The notes under the pieces: model-generated
Database searches by the model: none
What the model saw: only the letters and a program-made list of their open reading frames with translations
What the model was told of the DNA's origin: nothing
DNA from: an uncultured bacterium
GTDB taxonomy: Bacteria > Hydrothermota > Hydrothermia > WGAB01
Length of the DNA stretch: 58,413 nt
Reading direction: 5' to 3'
Assembly (NCBI GenBank): GCA_964422065.1
Contig: CAYQZW010000001.1
Location: 1-58,413 of the forward strand
Shown here: in pieces, positions 46,475 through 55,598 of the stretch
Numbering within the stretch: the stretch's first letter is position 1
Layout of the letters: each line of letters starts with the position of its first letter
Position numbers and translations under genes: made by a program

Positions 46475-49099
46475 TTACTCTACTTTCACAAAACGCAAGG
46501 CCGTTCGTTGTCCCGCCGGTGGACTGTCCAGGCGAATCAAGTACACCCCGGCCCGCAGGCGACTCGTGGGGATGACTGTACGGGTCGTGGTCGGTGTCAA
46601 GGTGAGTGTGGGAAGGACCCTTCGGCCGGTGATATCGAGGATCTGGGCCTGAACAGGACGGTCAAGGCGGTGGATCAGCACCAATTGGGTTCGCACCACA
46701 GGGTTCAAGAGTTGGATTGTGGGAGGGAGCACATGGACGGGGTCCTGCTCTTCGACCCCTACGCCCAGCCAGTTGAGCATTCGGGCCAGGAGTTCCGCCC
46801 GGGTGGTCCGGCCCTGAGCCTCACTCGTGATCGCTTCGAAGGGGAAGGACATGAAAATGGTCTTGTATGTCCCGGCATCGTATTTCACCATCGCGGGCCC
46901 GAAGTTGCCAGAGCCGGTGGGTAAGGTGAAGTACAGGGATGTATCTGCCGGTGCGATGGCCTGGATCACATCACAGGACTGGCTGTTCCCAGCGCTTCCC
47001 GTTCCGTAAAGCTTCAGCAGTACGGAATCCCCAATGGGGTCTCCGTCATAACCCCGCGCCCCACGGTAATAGTTTCCAGTGCTCTGAACGGACGCCTTGA
47101 GGTAGTCTGTCATGAAGGACTGGGCCTGGTTGTCCTCAGCGAGGTTTTGGGAAGAGAGGATCAGGGAGCCGCCGGCGTTGAGATGGGCGATCAGGGCGTT
47201 CTGCTCGTCCGGGGTGAGCACGTTTCCCGTTTCATCGCCCGTAAACCAGAAGACCACACTCCGAGGATGGGCCAACAGGTCCGGTGCGCCGTCCGTTTGG
47301 GTTTTCCAGACTTCATAGACCAGTCCCATCTGATCCAGGGTTTGGGTGTAGTAGGTGAGGTAATCCGAGGTTCCCGCATCGTCCACCAACAGGAACGGGG
47401 GATACCCGATCAGGACCCGGAGGGTTTCTGCCGCATAGACGGGTTGGGGCGTGGAAGAGAATTCGATGATGAAATTGGCAAAACGGGGGACTCCGGCGAC
47501 CTGGAATTCAAAGACGTCCGACGGGACCACGGTATCCCCGTCTGCCAAGGCCCCAATGGTGATTGTGGGATCGGTAACGGTGATCTCGGGATCGTCTGTG
47601 GTCAGGGTCAGGGTGAGATCGGACGCATCTCGCCAGTGCCAGCGGTTCGAGACTTTGACGGTCATCTGGACAGTCTCGCCAGGCTCGGGTCGCCCGTCCC
47701 CATCGAACCAATAGTCTGTCACCCAAGGATACGTATAGAGGCCCAAGGCCAGGGATTGGTAGACATTCACCAGGCCCCAGCCAAGCATCCCTTCGTATCC
47801 CGGATTGACCTCATCGACATTCACGGCTCCCCACATGATGGCAGAGTCCACCTGATAGGCGGTCCAGGTGGGATGGAGCGAACGGATGAGGCCGGCGAGC
47901 CCACACACGATCGGAGACGCCATGGACGTTCCGTCGAGTTGCGTGTAGTTGCCGCCCGGAACGGTGCTCAGGATATTGGTCCCTGGCGCAATCACATCGA
48001 CCCAGGTCCCGTAGTTGGAGAAGTCCGCCTTGATGCCGTTCCTTGCGGAAGCCGCAACCGCAATCACGTTGGGGTAGGCCGATGGATAGTGGGGCGAGGC
48101 AGTATTGTCATTGCCTGCCGCAGCAACAATCGTGACCCCCATACTATGGGCATATTGCATGGCGCTGTTTTCTGAACCGTTGTAGTTGTAACTGCCATAG
48201 GAGTGGTTGGTCGCAACCGCACCTTGGTTGGCCGCGTAGTAAATGGCATTGATGGCAGCCGAGATGGAGACATATTGACCGTTTCCGCACTTGAAGGCCA
48301 TGCCCTTGACGTTCCAGCCGACCCCGGCAACCCCGATGCCGTTGTTCGTTGCGGCAACCGCGATCCCAAAGACATGCGTCCCGTGCTCATTCCCTGGCTC
48401 TGTCGGGTTAGGGTCCCAGGTATAATTCGTGAAGTTGAAACCGATGATGTCGTCAACATAGCCGTTGCCATCGTCATCCACGCCATTCAGGTCATCGGGA
48501 TAATCAAAGACGCCGTTCCCATTGAGGTCTTCCCCGGGGTTGACCCAGAGGTTGGGAAAGATGTCCGGATGGTCCCAGTCTACACCGGTGTCCACGGGCC
48601 CCACAACAATCGAAGAGTCTCCGGTGGTGATGTCCCAGCCCTCGGGAGAGTGGATATCGAAGTGGTGCCACTGTTGGGTCCAGTAGTCCGGGCCAAAGAG
48701 GGGATCGTTGGGCTCGAGATCCAGGGGTTTCAACTCATCTACTTCCGCCGATTCTACAGAAGAGAGCCGTTCAAACTCTTGGGCCAATGCAGGTGCATCC
48801 ACGTCCTGACCGAAGATCAGGAGGTAATAGCGATCCAGCCCGAACTCCTTGGCCTTGGGGGTCATCTTTCCGACGATGAGGCGTCGGACCTCTTTGAGAC
48901 CATACTGCTGTGCCAATTGGTCGATTTCCGGGATCCCCAGTTGGTTCCCGACCAGGGTATAGGCATCTCCCACACGCCCCCAAGAAAGGCTGGAGAGGAC
49001 CTTGGATTGGCTGGCCGGGGTGACCTGGATGATGAGATGGCGGGGATGATAGAGGATCTGAGGACTTGCCAATACCGCCGCAATCCACAACAAGATCAT
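46475..49099 (-). CDS. subtilisin-family (S8) serine protease with a T9SS C-terminal domain
   Basis: Catalytic triad contexts VGPVDTGVDWDHPD, HGTHVFGIAVA and GTSMASPIVCG. A CARDB-like GRPEPGETVQMTVKV module. C-terminal ILDITGRRV...GVYLIRLDSPPAGQRTALRFVKVE. Start moved to MILLWIAAV (ATG 49099, GGAGG 5 nt upstream). Confidence 0.9.
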   Translation of the reverse strand: MILLWIAAVLASPQILYHPRHLIIQVTPASQSKVLSSLSWGRVGDAYTLVGNQLGIPEIDQLAQQYGLKEVRRLIVGKMTPKAKEFGLDRYYLLIFGQDVDAPALAQEFERLSSVESAEVDELKPLDLEPNDPLFGPDYWTQQWHHFDIHSPEGWDITTGDSSIVVGPVDTGVDWDHPDIFPNLWVNPGEDLNGNGVFDYPDDLNGVDDDGNGYVDDIIGFNFTNYTWDPNPTEPGNEHGTHVFGIAVAATNNGIGVAGVGWNVKGMAFKCGNGQYVSISAAINAIYYAANQGAVATNHSYGSYNYNGSENSAMQYAHSMGVTIVAAAGNDNTASPHYPSAYPNVIAVAASARNGIKADFSNYGTWVDVIAPGTNILSTVPGGNYTQLDGTSMASPIVCGLAGLIRSLHPTWTAYQVDSAIMWGAVNVDEVNPGYEGMLGWGLVNVYQSLALGLYTYPWVTDYWFDGDGRPEPGETVQMTVKVSNRWHWRDASDLTLTLTTDDPEITVTDPTITIGALADGDTVVPSDVFEFQVAGVPRFANFIIEFSSTPQPVYAAETLRVLIGYPPFLLVDDAGTSDYLTYYTQTLDQMGLVYEVWKTQTDGAPDLLAHPRSVVFWFTGDETGNVLTPDEQNALIAHLNAGGSLILSSQNLAEDNQAQSFMTDYLKASVQSTGNYYRGARGYDGDPIGDSVLLKLYGTGSAGNSQSCDVIQAIAPADTSLYFTLPTGSGNFGPAMVKYDAGTYKTIFMSFPFEAITSEAQGRTTRAELLARMLNWLGVGVEEQDPVHVLPPTIQLLNPVVRTQLVLIHRLDRPVQAQILDITGRRVLPTLTLTPTTTRTVIPTSRLRAGVYLIRLDSPPAGQRTALRFVKVE

Positions 49100-49195
49100 A
49101 ACAACCTCCAGTTTTTCACGTTGGGCCAATGATACTTCTCAATCTTACTTCACAAAAGTGGGGAGAGCAAAACCGTGCTCCCGTGGACGACCCCC

Positions 49196-49828
49196 TCAGA
49201 CCAGGTGCAGCCAATCGTGGAACAGGAAGAATAGACGCCCGATCAACAGCGAAATACGGGCCATGATGGTGGACCCAAAGGACGCGCCAAAGGCGACCAT
49301 GATGAACATGATGCCGACCTTGGCCAGAAAGCCCAAGCCTCCCCGGTGCTCCTTGGAGAAGAAGAAGTAGACCAAGGTCGTGATGGTACTGACGACCAGG
49401 ATGATGTAGTTGATGGAGGTCCCCAAATGCCCGGTCCATAACGGGAGCATCCCTGCCTTGACCTGAGGCACGATGTAGCCCTGGATCGCACCGGTAATGC
49501 CCAAGCCTGCGCCCATCCCCACGGTGAAGGCGATGGCCCAACGGGAGAGCCAGGCGACCTTCGGAATGAACCGCAACAGCATCAAGAAGGACAAAAACGC
49601 CGGCACAATCAGGATATACCGCTCAAAGCCCGTGTTCGCGATCCAGGCATCAATCAGTTTGGGCTTGACATCAAAGAACCACAGATAGATAAACCAATAG
49701 GCGGCTGCGCTCCCCACATAGATGTGCTCGGCAAACTTATAAAACGGGTTGTCCCGATACAGGAAACTGAAGATGGCGAGCGTCAAACCCGCAGCAATCC
49801 ATGTGAACAGCACGTTCATGAAGGTCAT
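49196..49828 (-). CDS. polytopic (~6 TM) membrane protein, unknown family (operon gene D)
   Basis: 210-aa ORF with six hydrophobic segments. ATGA overlap with gene C. Confidence 0.7.
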   Translation of the reverse strand: MTFMNVLFTWIAAGLTLAIFSFLYRDNPFYKFAEHIYVGSAAAYWFIYLWFFDVKPKLIDAWIANTGFERYILIVPAFLSFLMLLRFIPKVAWLSRWAIAFTVGMGAGLGITGAIQGYIVPQVKAGMLPLWTGHLGTSINYIILVVSTITTLVYFFFSKEHRGGLGFLAKVGIMFIMVAFGASFGSTIMARISLLIGRLFFLFHDWLHLV

Positions 49829-50655
49829 GTCGGTCTCCTCCGGGTTCGCGTAAAGTAATAGCCGATGTTTCCGAGCAAGATGAAGAGGACGATGAGGATG
49901 TGGACCGCGGTCTGTGAGGCCATGCCAATCGACGCCGAGCCGGGTTGCTTGACCAAGACCTCATAGTCTGCTGCGCCCCGGAGCCCGCCGATCAGGCCCA
50001 CAATCTGATCCGCCTGGAGGTAAGGATAGAGGTCTGGCCACACCACGGCGGTAGCCGCCAGGATGATCTTCTGCCGGAACCGCGCCTGCGCAAACTGCAC
50101 CCAGTAGTCGCCCACCGATCCTGCCTCAAATCCGACGAGAAGCGCAATGTCGTTGTAATTGTGGATGTTTCGCATCATCGGCAAACTGTCCACAGGCGTC
50201 CCCCGATAATCTGTATTGAAGACGGTGCGGATTTCTTTGCCCATGTTGAGGATCACGGCCGCCAGGCCGGGCCGGTACCCCAGGAAGACATAGTCCACGC
50301 CATAGGTCTTGTTGAACTTCTGTGCCATCTTCTCCAGGGCGATCTGGCCTAAAGGCAGGCCCAAAGGCCAGTGGCCCATCATGACCACCTTCAGATTTTT
50401 CCGGAACAGATGGGTCAACATCGCCTCCAGCAGAGGCTGGAGTTCCGGCATGGAGGCGGCGTCGTAGTCAATGGAGATCAACACCACAGAGCCTTCCGGC
50501 AGTTCATCAATGGCCTTGTACGCCCGGGCCACCTCGGGGCTGGGCTGGAACTTCGGAACCAAATGCATAAAGAGGGGGATAGACGCCCCCAAGAAGACAA
50601 AGAGATAGACGATCCGTCGGTCAATTTTGCTGATTTGTTCCCAGAACTCTCTCAT
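49825..50655 (-). CDS. bitopic membrane protein: TM, ~210-aa globular domain, C-terminal TM; unknown family (operon gene C)
   Basis: 276-aa ORF. N-terminal anchor IVYLFVFLGASIPLF and C-terminal anchor VHILIVLFILLGNIGYYF. ATGA overlaps on both sides. Confidence 0.7.
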   Translation of the reverse strand: MREFWEQISKIDRRIVYLFVFLGASIPLFMHLVPKFQPSPEVARAYKAIDELPEGSVVLISIDYDAASMPELQPLLEAMLTHLFRKNLKVVMMGHWPLGLPLGQIALEKMAQKFNKTYGVDYVFLGYRPGLAAVILNMGKEIRTVFNTDYRGTPVDSLPMMRNIHNYNDIALLVGFEAGSVGDYWVQFAQARFRQKIILAATAVVWPDLYPYLQADQIVGLIGGLRGAADYEVLVKQPGSASIGMASQTAVHILIVLFILLGNIGYYFTRTRRRPT

Positions 50656-51437
50656 CGCAGATACGTCCTCTCAATACCCAAGATGATCCGCAGGGAGATC
50701 GCCACCGCACCCAGGGCCACACCGATCAAAATCCCGCGCTTGGCCCCCAGGTGCGGCACATTCATGATCCAATCTTTGACCGCAGGTAGGTTGTGGTACA
50801 GGAACTGGGTGACCGGATAGATCAGGATCAGGATTGCGATCGCGATGCCCCAGTTCAAAAGCCGCATGCTGGTCTCGGCCGTCTCCTGGCCCTCCCGGAA
50901 GAAGTGGAAGGCGAGGAGCGCTCCGGTCAAGACCACGACCGGCGGGATCGCGTAATAGCCTTTAGGCACATTCCCCAACATGACCAGCGCCGCAGCGACC
51001 AACAGGAGGGTCGCCGTCGACGTCCGTGCCCGGAACGCTCGGTACGCCGCCGACGCAATAAAGAACGCCAACAGAGAGAACATCGTCGCCTGGAGGGAGA
51101 CGAAGACGTACGTGTAGAAATAGCGCAGGAAAGTCGACGCGGGATCGAACGGGTTGCCGTATTTCACGCCGTCCCACACCCCCCAGATCAGGGTCAGGAA
51201 GAAACTCAAGATGAGGGCCAAGGAGTGGAACGCGCCCGGCTGCCGACGCCGGATGATCTTCCAGTGGTGCGCGAGTAGGCTGTCCACGCCCAGGATCAAT
51301 GTGAAGCCGGCCACGATAATGTACCAATCGTTGAACCGTTGTTCCAGGTCCCCAAAAGGCCAGTGCGGCACGAACAGGGCCACAATCAGGAGAAATCCTG
51401 AGATGAAGGTAATGGCTAACGGGACTTCTTTCTTCAT
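50652..51437 (-). CDS. polytopic (~8 TM) membrane protein, unknown family (operon gene B)
   Basis: 261-aa ORF, strongly hydrophobic throughout. 4-nt gap to gene A and ATGA overlap with gene C. Confidence 0.7.
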   Translation of the reverse strand: MKKEVPLAITFISGFLLIVALFVPHWPFGDLEQRFNDWYIIVAGFTLILGVDSLLAHHWKIIRRRQPGAFHSLALILSFFLTLIWGVWDGVKYGNPFDPASTFLRYFYTYVFVSLQATMFSLLAFFIASAAYRAFRARTSTATLLLVAAALVMLGNVPKGYYAIPPVVVLTGALLAFHFFREGQETAETSMRLLNWGIAIAILILIYPVTQFLYHNLPAVKDWIMNVPHLGAKRGILIGVALGAVAISLRIILGIERTYLR

Positions 51438-51441
51438 GGCC

Positions 51442-52605
51442 TCAATAGGTGGTGAAGAAGCGGGTTAAGAAGTGCAGATCCGCGCCTGTTAACAACGAAA
51501 TCGTTTCCAGGATGGAGCCGAGGAGGAACAAGAGGATGAGGATGAGTTTGACCAGGTCTTCGCCTTTGATGGTTGCCAGGGAGAGCGGGTCTTTGGAGAG
51601 ATATGCGCTCGCGGCATACATCTCTTCGCCGATCAGGGTGTAGTCCGTCGCCGCGATGAAGAACGGCAACTGGGTCACCGCGGTGGTCCCGGAGATCTGG
51701 ATCGCGCCGATGGAGTTCCCGGTCTCTGCCAGGATCAGGGATTCGGCATAGAAGTAGCCCTGGAGGAAGACGGCACCGGGCCGTTCGCGGACCATGATGC
51801 CGTCCACCCCGGCAGCATAGCCAAACTGGTCGTAGGAGAGGAAGAAGACATCGCCCTCGTTGTAGAGATCTGGCCGCCCAGCCTCGGTATAGCCCTCTTT
51901 GGTCACCTCTTGGGCGGCGACATAGACGACCGGATCAAAACACGGGACAATGAGTTTTGTGCCGTATTCGGCGGCCTTGAAGGCCACCCGCTTGAGGATG
52001 GCCAGGCCGGCCAAGGTGGCGATATTGGAAATCGGCTCTAAGCCCAAGACGAACAGGATGGGTCGGCCCAACTCGGTGGACCGCCCCACAGCATCGTCAA
52101 TGGCCTCAAGCCCCGCGATCCGACGGATGTAGAGTTCCCCGCCAGACTTGGCGCGCTGCAGGAAGTACAGCAGGACCCCGACGAAAAAGACCAAGATGAT
52201 CAAGGCATTCAATCGCCCTCGATGGAACCATTGGGCCGAGGCGATGGCCGGCTCGGTGGTCGTCTCTGAGTCCATATACTCCGAGTCTAACCAACTCCGA
52301 ACAAAGTAGTAATAGGGCTTGCCGTTTTTGACCCCCACGTCCTCAAACTTATGGGTTCCCCGGAGGACAAAGCCGGCGGACACCGGCTCGGCATCTGGGC
52401 TCCCCTCCAGGCGAAAGACCTCATATTTGGTGATCAGGGAGTCCATTGGGGAGGGCTCCCATTCGACGACGATCGCACCACCGTCGTCGTTGGGTTTGTC
52501 GTAGGCCCGGACATGGGTCACCGGGACGGGGATCAACGGAGGACGGGTGACCGTGTCTTGAACAGGTTGTCCGATCAGGAGCCCCAGTGCCAGGGTGAGA
52601 AACAT
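51442..52605 (-). CDS. membrane protein: signal/anchor, FN3-like ectodomain, TM, ~220-aa domain, C-terminal TM; unknown family (operon gene A)
   Basis: From ORF 51442..52611. ATG 52605 is preferred because it lies 6 nt after a -10 box. The FN3-like region is AYDKPNDDGGAIVVEWEPSP...KYEVFRLEG...GKPYYYFVRS. Confidence 0.7.
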   Translation of the reverse strand: MFLTLALGLLIGQPVQDTVTRPPLIPVPVTHVRAYDKPNDDGGAIVVEWEPSPMDSLITKYEVFRLEGSPDAEPVSAGFVLRGTHKFEDVGVKNGKPYYYFVRSWLDSEYMDSETTTEPAIASAQWFHRGRLNALIILVFFVGVLLYFLQRAKSGGELYIRRIAGLEAIDDAVGRSTELGRPILFVLGLEPISNIATLAGLAILKRVAFKAAEYGTKLIVPCFDPVVYVAAQEVTKEGYTEAGRPDLYNEGDVFFLSYDQFGYAAGVDGIMVRERPGAVFLQGYFYAESLILAETGNSIGAIQISGTTAVTQLPFFIAATDYTLIGEEMYAASAYLSKDPLSLATIKGEDLVKLILILLFLLGSILETISLLTGADLHFLTRFFTTY

Positions 52606-52611
52606 GGGCAA

Positions 52612-52641
52612 ATTTTAGAACGTCCCCACCTATGTTGTCAA
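52612..52641 (-). promoter_or_regulatory. promoter TTGACA-18-TAAAAT placed 6 nt from ATG 52605 (leaderless-type geometry)
   Basis: Minus strand reads TTGACA (52641-36), 18 nt, TAAAAT (52617-12), ttgccc, ATG. There is no SD. Confidence 0.5.
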
Positions 52642-52736
52642 ATCGTAAAAGCCGGTTGCCCGCGTGCTCGACTTCTCACACAATATACGGGATGATCCTC
52701 GCACCCACGGAACGCCTGTGAAACCAAGGAGGTGCC

Positions 52737-53714
52737 ATGAAGACAAGGAACCTGGGATGGACCGGTGAGCCTTTGACCGTGATCGGCTTGGGCACATGGG
52801 CCATGGGCGGCGGCGATTGGTCCTACGGCTGGGGCCCGCAGGACGATCAGGAGTCCATCCGGACCATCGAACGGGCCCTTGACCTGGGGATCAACTGGAT
52901 CGACACGGCTCCGGTCTATGGACTCGGGCATGCCGAAGAGATCGTGGGCCGAGCGATCCAGGGGAAACGCGACCAGGTGTTCCTCGCGACCAAGTGCGGA
53001 CTGGTCTGGGACGATCAGAAACGGATCACCGGCAACCTCAGCCGGGAGAGCATCCGCAAAGAAGTCGAGGCCAGCCTCAAGCGGCTCCGGACGGACGTCA
53101 TTGACCTGTACCAGATCCACTGGCCCAACCCCGAAGCGCAGATCGAGGAGGCCTGGGAGGCCATGAGCCGGCTCGTCGAGGAGGGCAAAGTCCGGTATAT
53201 CGGCGTCTCAAACTTCAGTGTGGCCCAGATGGATCGGGTTCGGGAGATCCATCCCATCGCTTCCCTTCAGCCCCCGTACCACCTGTTTGATCGGGGGATC
53301 GAGCGAGAGATCTTGCCCTACTGTGCACGGCACCAGATCGGGGTGATCGTCTATAGTCCGTTGGCCTCGGGGCTACTGACCGGCAAATACGACCGGCAAC
53401 GGATCCAGAATTTACCGGCCAACGACTGGCGACGCAGGAGCCCACTGTTTACAGAGCCGGCGGTAACCGTGAATCTTTGGGCCGTCGACGCCCTCAAGGA
53501 GGTGGCGTCGGATCTGGGCGTCACCCTGGCCCAACTCGCGATTGCGTGGACCCTCCGGAGATCTGAGGTCACTGCGGCCATTGTCGGCGCCCGGAGGCCT
53601 CACCAGATTGAAGAGACGGTCAAGGCCGCGGAGATCGAGATCCCCCAAGATGCGTTGACGAGAATCGAGGAGATCCTGGCCGAGCGGGCCCGTCGCCTGG
53701 CTAAAGCCGGCTAA
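52737..53714 (+). CDS. aldo/keto reductase
   Basis: 325 aa with GLGTWAMGG, DTAPVYG and IGVSNF motifs. RBS AAGGAGG. Confidence 0.9.
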   Translation: MKTRNLGWTGEPLTVIGLGTWAMGGGDWSYGWGPQDDQESIRTIERALDLGINWIDTAPVYGLGHAEEIVGRAIQGKRDQVFLATKCGLVWDDQKRITGNLSRESIRKEVEASLKRLRTDVIDLYQIHWPNPEAQIEEAWEAMSRLVEEGKVRYIGVSNFSVAQMDRVREIHPIASLQPPYHLFDRGIEREILPYCARHQIGVIVYSPLASGLLTGKYDRQRIQNLPANDWRRRSPLFTEPAVTVNLWAVDALKEVASDLGVTLAQLAIAWTLRRSEVTAAIVGARRPHQIEETVKAAEIEIPQDALTRIEEILAERARRLAKAG

Positions 53715-54637
53715 AGGAGCCCGATCGTACGGGCGATCGCCCGCAGTTGGTACCGGAGGTTGGCCCGGAAGGCAAATTCGGGCTGGCGGATCTTCTTCGG
53801 GCCGTAATAGCGCTCAAAGACCCGATCCTCGGCGGCCTGGAGGTCGCCCCCGCTTTCCCGCAGGGCCTGGGCGAGATCCGCCGCATACGCCTTGGTGGTC
53901 TCAAGGGATTCCTGTAGGTACTCCTGGACCGCGGAGGAGCCGAGGATCAGCCGCTCGTGCGGTAGGCCGATCACCTCGAACTCCGAGGCACGGACGGCGA
54001 GTTTCTCCAGTGAGGCCAGGTAGGCCTCGTAATCGGAGACGAACTGAGGCAAAATGAACGACCCCTCTGCGTTCGGGACCCCGACGGCCTCGCCAGGGAG
54101 GATCACCCCGTCGGGCCGGACCAGATAGGTCACCGAGTCCCGGGTATGCCCCGGCGTTTCCAGGGTCTGCACCCGCACGCCATCGCCCAGATCGAGTTCG
54201 GCGCCCTCCTGGACCGTCTGATGGATCCGGAAAGGGCGGAACCGATACCGCTCGATGCTCTGTGCAGACCGACCCCAGAGTTGCAGTTCCTTTTGGTTCA
54301 TCCGGGTGATGTGCTCGACCGCTCGGGGGCTCTTCAAGACCTTCTGGACATGGGGATGCGCATAGACCCGGAGGTCCCGGAAGGCCGCTAAGAGTTCCGG
54401 TGTGCCCCCCAGATGGTCGTAATGGGAATGGGTCAGCAGGTGATGTCGGAACTCCTCGTAATCCAGGTACGTGGGGATGGCCTGGACCAGTTTCCGGCCC
54501 CAGACCACCGTGCCTGCGTCAATCAATGCGGCTTCTGCCCCGATGACCCAGTAGACATAGGCATAGGGGCCACCGAGCGCAATCACATGCTCGGAGACCG
54601 GATAGACGTCAAAGACCTTTTCGCGTCCCTTCTGCAT
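53711..54637 (-). CDS. MBL-fold metallo-hydrolase
   Basis: HSHYDHLGG motif. Convergent with the reductase gene, with the two stop codons overlapping. Confidence 0.8.
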   Translation of the reverse strand: MQKGREKVFDVYPVSEHVIALGGPYAYVYWVIGAEAALIDAGTVVWGRKLVQAIPTYLDYEEFRHHLLTHSHYDHLGGTPELLAAFRDLRVYAHPHVQKVLKSPRAVEHITRMNQKELQLWGRSAQSIERYRFRPFRIHQTVQEGAELDLGDGVRVQTLETPGHTRDSVTYLVRPDGVILPGEAVGVPNAEGSFILPQFVSDYEAYLASLEKLAVRASEFEVIGLPHERLILGSSAVQEYLQESLETTKAYAADLAQALRESGGDLQAAEDRVFERYYGPKKIRQPEFAFRANLRYQLRAIARTIGLL

Positions 54638-54707
54638 GGCTATGAGTATACGCGATAGAGGAGCGTCAGTCCCTTGACTGGTCTGGGGGGAGGGTTAAAA
54701 TTTAGGC

Positions 54708-55130
54708 ATGGCGGCATCTGTTGTGGAAGTTCGCGTCTTCCGGCTCCTCTACGATGAGTCCACAAAGACCCCGGTGGTACTTCTGAAAGAGGTCCAGGGG
54801 AACCGCATTTTGCCGATCCTGATTGGGCATCCCGAGGCGCAAGCGATCGCCATTGCGCTCCAGGGCATTGAAGTGGAGCGTCCCCTGACGCATGACCTCC
54901 TCAAGAACATCATCCAGGGCTTTGGCGGGCGGGTCGAACGTGTCGTCATCAACTTGTTGCGCAATAACACCTTTTATGCTCGGATCATCGTGCGGGCCGA
55001 CCATACGGTCTATACCGTAGATGCCCGGCCGTCGGACTCCATTGCGTTGGCCCTGCGGACCGGGTGCCCGATCTATGTCTCCGAAGCGGTGATGGAGGAG
55101 TCTGCCGCCCCCGAGAACCTGGAGATATGA
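54708..55130 (+). CDS. bifunctional nuclease (DUF151/BFN) family protein
   Basis: PVVLLKEVQGNRILPILIGHPEAQAIA...ARPSDSIALALR is typical of DUF151. Confidence 0.75.
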   Translation: MAASVVEVRVFRLLYDESTKTPVVLLKEVQGNRILPILIGHPEAQAIAIALQGIEVERPLTHDLLKNIIQGFGGRVERVVINLLRNNTFYARIIVRADHTVYTVDARPSDSIALALRTGCPIYVSEAVMEESAAPENLEI

Positions 55131-55594
55131 ACCGCATCGTCAAGATCTGGATCAGCCTCCTCTCCCTTGCGGCCCTGGCGGCGCTGGGGGCAGTGCTCTA
55201 TTTCGGGGTCTTCCATTCCCCACTCCAGAACCCTCAACCCGCCGAAAACCCCTGGCGGATCCAGCCGGATTCTTCGTATCGCCAGATCCGGGTGGAGGTC
55301 TTGAACGCCAGCGGGGTCCGGGATTTGGCCCGTAAGACCACGATGTTTCTCCGGGACCTGGGGTTTGATGTCGTCTACTACGGCAACTATCCCAAGGGGA
55401 CGGTGGAGCATACGGTGATCGTGGACCGGGTCTCCCCGGACTACGCGAATGCACGGGTCCTCCAGAAGATCCTGGGGGTACCGATTTTGGATTACGAACG
55501 GGACCCGGACAAACTGCTGGAGGTCTCGCTCGTGCTTGGCAAGGACTACGAGCAGTACCTGGGCCGATACCTCAAAAAGACCGTCCTGTATTGA
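55127..55594 (+). CDS. LytR_C-domain membrane-anchored protein
   Basis: ATGA overlap with the BFN gene. N-terminal TM, then IRVEVLNASGVRDLARKTTMFLRDLGFDVV, which is LytR C-terminal-domain-like. Confidence 0.6.
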   Translation: MNRIVKIWISLLSLAALAALGAVLYFGVFHSPLQNPQPAENPWRIQPDSSYRQIRVEVLNASGVRDLARKTTMFLRDLGFDVVYYGNYPKGTVEHTVIVDRVSPDYANARVLQKILGVPILDYERDPDKLLEVSLVLGKDYEQYLGRYLKKTVLY

Positions 55595-55598
55595 GCCC

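Noticed and set aside
46250-46924. A 224-aa plus-strand ORF starting in the copA/S8 gap.
   Set aside because: Two thirds of it is antisense to the S8 protease C-terminal region. It has a TTG start without an SD and an Arg/Gly/Pro-rich product.
53711-53714. Overlapping stop codons of the convergent aldo/keto reductase and MBL hydrolase genes.
   Set aside because: This is a real feature, but it is a common consequence of tight gene packing and carries no functional implication by itself.
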